From Gemmatimonadales bacterium (GTDB lineage: Bacteria; Gemmatimonadota; Gemmatimonadetes; Gemmatimonadales; GWC2-71-9), in assembly GCA_041613315.1 (NCBI GenBank), contig JBFJHJ010000041.1, forward strand, positions 1 to 22,283: 22,283 nucleotides of DNA, given 5' to 3'. The notes under the pieces were generated by a model. The model had not been told where the DNA came from. It was given only the letters and a program-made list of their open reading frames with translations, and ran no database searches. Position 1 is the first letter of the stretch, and each line of letters starts with the position of its first letter. Of the stretch, positions 15,691-22,283 are shown piece by piece. A program made the translations under genes and the position numbers.

Positions 15691-17162
15691 CGCGACGCCC
15701 CCCCAGTTGGACGGCGGATCGGGCGGCCGGGCCGCGCGCCCGTGACGAACGCCCCGTCGTCCAGGACGAGGGTGCCGTTCACGAGCACGTACCTGACGCC
15801 CTCCGAATACTGGGCCGGATCGCGATAGGTCGCCCGGTCGATGATCGTAGCGGGGTCGAAGATCGTGAGGTCGGCGTATGCGCCGGGCGCGATGCGTCCG
15901 CGCAGCCGCATCGTGGAATCGGCCCGCTCCAACCGCTCGGCGGGCATGAGAGTCATCTTGCGCAGCGCGTCCATCAAGCTCAGGTGGCCTTCGTCCCGCA
16001 CCAGGCGACCGAGGACGTGGGCGAAGGTCCCGGCCCCACGCGGATGGCCCCTGCCGTTCACGATCACGCCGTCACTCGTGATCATGACCGACGGGTGGCG
16101 CAACGCCATCAGCACTTCGTCTTTCGGGATGAAGAACGTGATCACCGTCGCGCCCGTGGCCCGCCAGTACGCGAAGGACGAGTCGTTCAGGCGCTCACCG
16201 GTGTCCACCAGCATGATCGAATCCACGGTGACGCCGCCGAAGCGCTCCTCCCAGCCGGGGTCGTACAGGGCCGACTCGAGCCGGGTGCTGTTCGCCAGAT
16301 AGGGATGCATGTCGGCCATGACGTCCACACCGTGGCGGCGCGCGCCGTCCAACATCTCCAGGGCCGGCGCCATCGAGCCGATCGCGGACGATGGCAGGTG
16401 GACCACCAGCGCGCTCGCGCCGGTGATGGCCGCGGCGGCGATCACCTCCTGTACGGACTGGAGGATCGTCTCCGGGAAGACCGATCCCTTGTAGCGCGAA
16501 TGGACGTGGGCGGGCACGTCGTGGGCCGCCGCCTCGGCGAACAGGTCGACGATCTCCTCGTAGGAGGCCCCAGGAGTGTAGTTGATACCGAAGCCCACGC
16601 CCACGGCGCCGCTCTCGATGGCCTGGGCGGCGATGCGGCGCATCGCGCGCCGCTGCGCGTCCGTGGCGGGTCGGTACGGATCGGTGGCCCCGGCGGCCTC
16701 CCGCACGTCGGGGTGTCCGACGGTGGTGCCGTAGTTCACGAGAGCCCCTGACTCCGTGAACCGGGCGTACCAACCGGCGACGTCCACCGGCCCGCCGTGC
16801 ATGCTCACGACGGTCGTGACGCCGTCCTTGATCTTGTAGCGTTGCGGCTCCTGCGTCGGCCGGATGCGCGCGAGGAGATCGATGAAGCCCGGCGCGACGA
16901 CCAGCCCCGCCGCGTCGATCACCCGCGCCGCCCGGACGGGTCGGTCCGTCACGGCGACGACCCGGTCGCCGCGGATCAGCACCGTCCGGACGGCGTCCAG
17001 GTCGGTGGCGGGATCCAGCACGCGGCCGTTCACGATGGCGATGTCGCCCTGCTGCTGGGCGTTCACGGGGAGGAGTGGGAGGAGGGCGAGGAAAGGAAGC
17101 AGGCGTGGCAGCGCCCGCGGGTGGACGCCCCGAGACTGATTCTCGCGCCGTCGCGTCAGCAT
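15687..17162 (-). CDS. D-aminoacylase-like amidohydrolase lacking the HxH motif, exported
   Basis: ATG 17162 with AAGGAGG. Signal peptide ...VNA|QQQ. Motifs VAPGFIDLLAR, DGVTT, HVHSR, VVHL, ITSDG, HPRGAGTF, KMTLMPA and ADLTIFDP. Confidence 0.87.
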   Translation of the reverse strand: MLTRRRENQSRGVHPRALPRLLPFLALLPLLPVNAQQQGDIAIVNGRVLDPATDLDAVRTVLIRGDRVVAVTDRPVRAARVIDAAGLVVAPGFIDLLARIRPTQEPQRYKIKDGVTTVVSMHGGPVDVAGWYARFTESGALVNYGTTVGHPDVREAAGATDPYRPATDAQRRAMRRIAAQAIESGAVGVGFGINYTPGASYEEIVDLFAEAAAHDVPAHVHSRYKGSVFPETILQSVQEVIAAAAITGASALVVHLPSSAIGSMAPALEMLDGARRHGVDVMADMHPYLANSTRLESALYDPGWEERFGGVTVDSIMLVDTGERLNDSSFAYWRATGATVITFFIPKDEVLMALRHPSVMITSDGVIVNGRGHPRGAGTFAHVLGRLVRDEGHLSLMDALRKMTLMPAERLERADSTMRLRGRIAPGAYADLTIFDPATIIDRATYRDPAQYSEGVRYVLVNGTLVLDDGAFVTGARPGRPIRRPTGGASR

Positions 17163-17210
17163 CCTGGCCCCTCCTTGGCCGACATTCACCGACACTCACA
17201 CCGGAGAGTT

Positions 17211-18263
17211 CTATCTCGCCGGACGGTCCGGCCGCAAGTGTCTCGCGAGGAAGGTCCAAATCTCGCGGCGCGATTCCTTGGCGAGTCTCGTGTCGAGCCG
17301 GTTGAAGGCGTGCCCGCCCGGCGCGTTCTCGTAGATCTTGTACTGGAACCCCTGCTTGCCCTCTGCCGTGAGGGCCTGGATCAGTCGCTCTACCTCGAGG
17401 ACGTTCACGTCTTCGTCATTGGTGTTGGTGTGGATCAGGAGTGGGGTGCCCTGGTACTTGTGCGTGTTCCACGAGGGGGAGCGCCGGCGGTACTCGTTCA
17501 CGTCTTCGTACGCCGACTTGCCGATGTGGTAGTCCGCCGAGTAGAGATCCCGGTAGCCCTGTGTCTTGTAGCCCATGCGGGCGATCAGGTCGCTCACGGG
17601 GACGCCGGCGTACGCCGCGGCGTAGCCGTCCGGGTGCTCGAAGATGTTCATCAAGGCGTGGAGGCCGCCGTGGCTCCACCCCACGATGCCCACGCGGGCG
17701 GGATCGAGGAACTCGTAGGTCTCGAGCATGAACGCGCGGGCGGCGTAGGTATCCTCGATCTCGAGGCCGCCGTAGTCGATGGCCTCGTAAAAGCCTCGGC
17801 CATATCCAGTGCTGCCCCGGTACTCGGGTGCCACCACGGTGTAGCCCTGGGTGAGCATCTCGCGCAGCACGTTGGCGGCGCCCGTGCCGAAGTTGCTATG
17901 CACGCCACCGTGGGGGAAGACGATGAGCGGCTGCTTCTTTGAGCGGTTCAGGCTCTGGGGGATGAACACGTACGCGCGGAGCCGGAGCGGGTTGCCGGCT
18001 CCTTGCGCGGTGGGGTTCGGCTCGTGCCGCGGCGGCGGGCCCGTGAACGAGACGATGTCGATCTCGGCGATGTCACCGACGCGGTGGTAGAACATGAGGT
18101 CGTCGATGCGGCGGTGGAGGACATCGATCTCGTGATCGAGGTTCTCGGCGTGACGCTCCAGCATCCGCTGCACCCGCTCGACCGATGCCCCCTCCTGGGC
18201 GGTGACCGGCCATCCGATCGGCGCGAACGCGAGTGACAGCACAGCTAGTCGGATGAGCTTCAT
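17211..18263 (-). CDS. S9 (prolyl oligopeptidase/acylaminoacyl-peptidase family) alpha/beta hydrolase, exported
   Basis: RBS AGGAGG. Signal peptide ...VTA|QE. Motifs PHGGVH, YRGSTGYG, nucleophile GWSHGG, Asp in NDEDV and His in GGHAF. Confidence 0.92.
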   Translation of the reverse strand: MKLIRLAVLSLAFAPIGWPVTAQEGASVERVQRMLERHAENLDHEIDVLHRRIDDLMFYHRVGDIAEIDIVSFTGPPPRHEPNPTAQGAGNPLRLRAYVFIPQSLNRSKKQPLIVFPHGGVHSNFGTGAANVLREMLTQGYTVVAPEYRGSTGYGRGFYEAIDYGGLEIEDTYAARAFMLETYEFLDPARVGIVGWSHGGLHALMNIFEHPDGYAAAYAGVPVSDLIARMGYKTQGYRDLYSADYHIGKSAYEDVNEYRRRSPSWNTHKYQGTPLLIHTNTNDEDVNVLEVERLIQALTAEGKQGFQYKIYENAPGGHAFNRLDTRLAKESRREIWTFLARHLRPDRPAR

Positions 18264-18338
18264 CGTTCCTCCTGTCCTGACTTGTGGCAGCGGGCTGGCG
18301 TGGCCAAACTTGAGGCGACCAGGCCACTGCGACTAGCC

Positions 18339-19538
18339 GTGACTGCCGTGTCTCCCTTACGTGGTTTCAATGTGCTCGTGTCGGTCGTCGTCGTGACGGC
18401 AGCCGTGGGCTGTGCCGGCGATGGGACGGGGGTGATCCGCCTCGATCTCGTGGCGCGGTACGGGCTCGAGACGCTGCCCGTCATGGTGCACCCGCGCGAC
18501 AACGCGCCGGACCCCGATCGCGTCACGCTCGGCCGGCTGCTGTTCTTCGACCCCATCATGAGCGCGAAGAAGGACGTCGCGTGTGCCACGTGCCATCTGC
18601 CGAGGTTCGCGATGGCGGACGGTCGGCCGCTGCCGGCCGGGCCCAGCGGCGTCGGGCTGGGTCCCGAGCGGCGGCTCACGGACCCCAACATGGTGTTCGA
18701 GGCCCGGAACAGTCCGACCGTCATCAACGCCGGCTTCAACCGCTTCCGCAATTTCCGGACGGCCGACGGTTTTCTCTTCTGGGACGGTCGCGTCCGGCGG
18801 CTCGAAAACCTGGTCACACTGCCGCAGCGCGAGTTCAGCGAGATGCGCGGGGAGGCGCTGCCGCTGGAGAGCGCACTCGACTCGATTTTGCAGCGGCTGC
18901 GCGGGATCCCCGAGTACGTCGCACTCTTTAGTGCGGCGTTTCCGAATCGGCCGCCCCAGGGCTCGATCGACTCGGTGTCGCTGTCGCAGGCGCTCGCCCA
19001 GTTCGTTCGGTCGCTCGTCGGAGACCAGTCCCCCTACGATCGATTCGTGGCCGGCGACGCCAACGCTCTCACCGACGCCCAAAAACGCGGTCTCGTGCTG
19101 TTCCACGAGAAGGCGGCGTGCGTCAGATGTCACGCGGGTCCCATGTTCAGCGACTTCGACTTCCACGTGGTCGGCGCCCGCCAGCAGGGACCGGGATTCC
19201 AGTCCACGCCGCACGAGGATTTCGGTCGGTGGAACGCGACGCATCTCGAGGGTGACCGCTGGAAATTCCGCACGCCGTCGCTCAGAAACGTGGCGGTGAC
19301 GGCCCCGTACACCCACTCGGGCGCGTACGCCACGTTGCATGACATGGTGGAATTCTTCGATCGTGGCGGCGGCGATCATCCCACCATCCCTCGCGACCGG
19401 CTCGATCCTGCGCTGGGTCCCCTCGCACTGGCCGCCGTGGAGATCGACGACCTCGTCGCCTTTCTCATCGCCCTCACCGACGTGCCGGAGGTCGCGATCC
19501 CGGATCGGGTACCGAGCGGGCTCCAGCCGCCGCGCTAG
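18339..19538 (+). CDS. Diheme cytochrome c peroxidase / MauG-like protein, probable lipoprotein
   Basis: Two CxxCH motifs (CATCH, CVRCH), plus LGRLLFFDP, RNSPTVIN, FWDGR, SPYDRF and FRTPSLRNV...APYTHSG. Lipobox AVG-C. Start uncertain: TTG 18282, GTG 18339 or GTG 18348. Confidence 0.88.
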   Translation: MTAVSPLRGFNVLVSVVVVTAAVGCAGDGTGVIRLDLVARYGLETLPVMVHPRDNAPDPDRVTLGRLLFFDPIMSAKKDVACATCHLPRFAMADGRPLPAGPSGVGLGPERRLTDPNMVFEARNSPTVINAGFNRFRNFRTADGFLFWDGRVRRLENLVTLPQREFSEMRGEALPLESALDSILQRLRGIPEYVALFSAAFPNRPPQGSIDSVSLSQALAQFVRSLVGDQSPYDRFVAGDANALTDAQKRGLVLFHEKAACVRCHAGPMFSDFDFHVVGARQQGPGFQSTPHEDFGRWNATHLEGDRWKFRTPSLRNVAVTAPYTHSGAYATLHDMVEFFDRGGGDHPTIPRDRLDPALGPLALAAVEIDDLVAFLIALTDVPEVAIPDRVPSGLQPPR

Positions 19539-20581
19539 TCGTTCCCCCGGACAATCGTGGCGGTGCCCATCGGGATGAACTCCGGATGGTATTCGATCGT
19601 TCGAGGCTCGTCGACGAGTCCCTGGCCGATCGCGTTGCGGTACGGTTGCAGGAGGAACGGTTTCGCTGTCCACGGCATCTCGGGCTGCAGGTTCGGTCCC
19701 CAGGGTTCGATCGTAATGACGTGGGTCCACCGGCTCGGGATGCCCTGGCTCGCGTCGCCGTTGAGATCCAGGGGGAGATCGTCATCGGTGAGGGTACCGG
19801 GCAGCGGATACCCGTAGGCGTTCGCCACCCAGTCGTCGCCAGGCATCACGATCTCCAGCGGGTTCCAGTGGCGATAGTCGAGCTGGCCGGAGTACGGCCC
19901 CACCCCCGTGTCGTCTCGGCCCTTCTGCTTCTTGAAGATGTCGGGCGTGAACTTGCCGTACGACACCCAGATGGCGTCGGTGGTGCCGTAGTCTCGCACC
20001 ACCCAGCCTTCGTAGGCCCAACCCACCGTGAGCGGGGTGAATGTGAGGAAGAACGACCCGCTCACCGTGTCGCCGTGGATGTTGAACAGCCAGAGGCCCG
20101 CGTCCTCATTGGACGGGTACGCGAGTTCCGCGTTGTCGCTCGGCGTGAACAACACGTGTGTGCCGGGGTTCGGTTCCAACGGAATCCCGCCGGTGACGTA
20201 CCGGTCGATGCCCAGCACGGCGACGTCGCCGGTGAACGGGCCGCCCAAGAGCTTGTGCGGGGACGGCACGTCGTCGGCGTCGCCCGGCGGTTCGACCGTC
20301 ACCATCAGGTACGCGGGGTTCTCGATCGGGCTCACCACCGGGGTCGGGCCGTTGGCCGGCGGCACGAAGCGTCCAGCCGAATGGATGGTTCCGTCGGAAC
20401 CGATCGCCCACGCCTCGTAGGTGCCCTCGGTTGACGGGTCCAGGGCCCGAAGTCCCGCGAGCTCGAGACGCACGTTCACGTCACCGATCACCGGTGGCCC
20501 TACGCCGCTCTCGCCGCAGGCAAGCAGGAGAACGGTCAACGCGAGCAAGCCGAGATTGCGGAGCGCGACCAAGGGAATCAC
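19535..20581 (-). CDS. Lipoprotein with two RskA-C-terminal-like (YExW...GxF...TxEP) modules, function unknown
   Basis: GTG 20581 with GAGGTGAGG upstream. Lipobox LLA-C. Repeated YEAWAI..SAGRF..VTVEPPGD and YEGWVV..SYGKF..ITIEP. Confidence 0.75.
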   Translation of the reverse strand: MIPLVALRNLGLLALTVLLLACGESGVGPPVIGDVNVRLELAGLRALDPSTEGTYEAWAIGSDGTIHSAGRFVPPANGPTPVVSPIENPAYLMVTVEPPGDADDVPSPHKLLGGPFTGDVAVLGIDRYVTGGIPLEPNPGTHVLFTPSDNAELAYPSNEDAGLWLFNIHGDTVSGSFFLTFTPLTVGWAYEGWVVRDYGTTDAIWVSYGKFTPDIFKKQKGRDDTGVGPYSGQLDYRHWNPLEIVMPGDDWVANAYGYPLPGTLTDDDLPLDLNGDASQGIPSRWTHVITIEPWGPNLQPEMPWTAKPFLLQPYRNAIGQGLVDEPRTIEYHPEFIPMGTATIVRGND

Positions 20582-20673
20582 CGCCTCACCTCGTGAGTCG
20601 GCGCCGCTCCACCGCGCGCCGACTCGAGCGGACGCGCGTGGCACGCGGCGCCGAGGTCGAGCCACGAGAATGG

Positions 20674-20706
20674 CCCGTCCCACCGGGCTCGGCCCGGTGG
20701 GACGGG
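20674..20706 (-). terminator. 15-bp perfect stem-loop downstream of susD (terminator or mRNA-stabilising hairpin)
   Basis: CCCGTCCCACCGGGC-TCG-GCCCGGTGGGACGGG, 25 nt after the SusD stop. Only a weak U-rich tail (CCATTCTC) on the minus strand. Confidence 0.65.
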
Positions 20707-20731
20707 GGGCTACTCCACCGTACGGCACTGG

Positions 20732-22087
20732 CTACGGTTGCACGAAACTGCCTGCACACTGCGGCGAGCCGAGCACGTTCCGGTTCGTTTGGCACTCGGC
20801 CAACGAGATGGGAATACAGTACGCCCGTTTGGGGACACTCGTATCCTTGTCGAACGTCGGCGTCAGCGGCATGGGATCCCCGTACACGGTCACGGGATCG
20901 CCGTACACGAACTGCACCGCCGGCAGGAACGTCTTGTTGCCTTCCTCGTCCCACCGCCGGGCGTCGTGCCAGCGGCGGCCCTCCATCCAGAGGGTGAGCT
21001 CGCGCTCGTTGTCCAGCAGCACCCACGCGTCGTTGATCGTCGTGGGGACGGGCGAGGCAGCTCCGAGACCGTAGGCGGCCCGGGCCTCGTCGATCTTGGC
21101 GACCGCGTTCCCCAGATCGCTGTTGCGCAGGAACGCCTCCGCTTCGATCAGCCGCATTTCGGCACCCTTCACGACCGGGATATCGGAACCGACGTCGTCG
21201 TACTTCCGCTGCAGATAGAACGGCGTCGCGCCGTCGGCACCTTGAGCCGATCGGCAGTCGCCGGGACGTGGGGTGACCGTGCAATCGGTAAACGGCGCTC
21301 GGGGATCCGTCGCGCGCCGTGCGGCGAGCGTATTGTAGGCCGACATTTCCGGCCGACCCCAGGTTTCGTTGTACATCACGTTTTCGGGACCGTTTACGTC
21401 GAGCAGGGTCTCGTACACAAAGCCCGTCGGCACCATTCCTGCATCCGCGGTCGCGGCAGCCCAATTCCCCCGCGCTGCGTTGGCCTGGGCGCGGAGCCCG
21501 TAGGCTGCGGTGACGACGGCGCTCGCTGCGGCGAGCTGCCCGTGATGAATCGCACTGTCGGCTCGGACCACGGCGCTGTCGAAGTGCACTTCGTGATCCA
21601 ACACCCCCGAGCCGTCAATCACGGCGAAGCACGACGTCTCACCCAGGGTACGGTGTGCCAGGCCGGCGAACAGGAATGCCCGCGCGACGCGCGCGTCGCC
21701 CGCGTAGGCGGCTCCCAGCACGCTGTCCATGCGGATCAGCCCGTTTTCCGCGACCCATCGGGCTCGGTGCTGCGCACCCCACTCGAAGTTCTGGTCCTCG
21801 CGGTTCACGATCCCGCGGCGCAGCAGTCCGGTCTCGAAGTAGCTGCCGCCGCCCGTCATCTCGCCGCTGGCGATCGCCATATCGAAGGCGATGTCGTCCA
21901 TCATGGTCGCGTGGTCTCGCGACATGCCGGTGACGAGGGCGTCGAGCACGAGCTGGTCGTTCAAGTCCTTATCGAGGACCGTGCCGGGGTTCGTGACGTC
22001 GCAGCCCGTCGTCAGCAGCACCATGCCGGCGACGACGGGGGCGAGGACCCCGGCGCCGATGCGTCGAAGCTGTGGTATTCGAATCAT
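20732..22087 (-). CDS. SusD/RagB family outer-membrane nutrient-binding lipoprotein
   Basis: RBS GAGGAG. Lipobox TTG-C followed by DVTNPG. Motifs EMRLIEAEA and ERELTLWMEGRRWHDARRW. Lies directly downstream of a SusC-like gene. Confidence 0.9.
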   Translation of the reverse strand: MIRIPQLRRIGAGVLAPVVAGMVLLTTGCDVTNPGTVLDKDLNDQLVLDALVTGMSRDHATMMDDIAFDMAIASGEMTGGGSYFETGLLRRGIVNREDQNFEWGAQHRARWVAENGLIRMDSVLGAAYAGDARVARAFLFAGLAHRTLGETSCFAVIDGSGVLDHEVHFDSAVVRADSAIHHGQLAAASAVVTAAYGLRAQANAARGNWAAATADAGMVPTGFVYETLLDVNGPENVMYNETWGRPEMSAYNTLAARRATDPRAPFTDCTVTPRPGDCRSAQGADGATPFYLQRKYDDVGSDIPVVKGAEMRLIEAEAFLRNSDLGNAVAKIDEARAAYGLGAASPVPTTINDAWVLLDNERELTLWMEGRRWHDARRWDEEGNKTFLPAVQFVYGDPVTVYGDPMPLTPTFDKDTSVPKRAYCIPISLAECQTNRNVLGSPQCAGSFVQP

Positions 22088-22103
22088 GGTTGTCTCCTCG
22101 CCC

Positions 22104-22283
22104 TTAGAACTCGAGCCTGAGGCCCGCGATGAACGATCGATAGGGCGGCAAGTTGTAGTACTCCTGCCGCAACAAGACTTCCTGCGTGCCGCCTTCCTCC
22201 GACGCTTCCGGGTCCAGGCCGGCGAAGCTCGTGATCTTGAACAGGTTCCTCGCCTGGAGCTGCAGGGTCGCGGATCGCGTTCC
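22104..22283 (-). CDS. SusC/RagA family TonB-dependent transporter, 3' end only
   Basis: The minus frame reads GTRSATLQLQARNLFKITSFAGLDPEA...YYNLPPYRSFIAGLRLEF*. It has the RNL...GLDPE motif, a terminal beta-strand and C-terminal Phe, and ends 16 bp upstream of susD. Confidence 0.88.
   Translation of the reverse strand, partial: GTRSATLQLQARNLFKITSFAGLDPEASEEGGTQEVLLRQEYYNLPPYRSFIAGLRLEF

Noticed and set aside
13840..16751. Long alternative ORFs (13840..15087 +, 14147..15685 -, 15471..16751 +)
   Set aside because: Low-complexity Arg/Gly/Pro frames overlapping well-supported genes.
1380..17162. Tat export of the hydrolases (RR in several N-termini)
   Set aside because: None matches S/T-R-R-x-F-L-K well, and Arg pairs are common in high-GC signal peptides. 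Left undetermined.
18339..20581. MbnH/MbnP copper-uptake pair or mau cluster
   Set aside because: The neighbouring lipoprotein lacks the MbnP WxW motif and is convergent. There are no methylamine dehydrogenase genes.
18357..22120. 457-aa minus ORF (18357..19730) and 460-aa plus ORF (20738..22120)
   Set aside because: Antisense shadows of the diheme and SusD genes.
1..22283. CRISPR array, transposase/integrase, prophage or defence system
   Set aside because: No regularly spaced direct repeats or diagnostic protein motifs were seen. The recurring SxDGGxxW units are protein Asp-boxes.

Overview
Very GC-rich, gene-dense bacterial window. The lineage is inferred, not proven, to be Gemmatimonadota-like, from the SusC/SusD pair, the many exported peptidases and the signal-peptide style. 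It holds 19 CDS: a partial dodecin, an S12 serine hydrolase divergent from an M55 (DppA) and an M28 peptidase, a cytochrome P460-family lipoprotein, a PAS histidine kinase with no receiver, MOSC-msrB, a small membrane protein, a putative outer-membrane protein, a VPS10/BNR propeller, a four-gene minus-strand operon (S9 peptidase, amidohydrolase, GGT-family lipoprotein, D-aminoacylase), a MauG/bCcP-like diheme protein, an RskA-like lipoprotein, SusD and the 3' end of SusC. I saw no tRNA, rRNA, CRISPR array or transposase. The best candidate for an undescribed system is an exported D-amino-acid/amide peptide-scavenging locus in which several enzymes have remodelled active sites: a GGT missing the glutamate-binding residues, an amidohydrolase missing HxH, and a diheme enzyme missing its axial Tyr/Met and distal Gln. 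All residue comparisons are manual alignments against remembered reference sequences and need computational confirmation.
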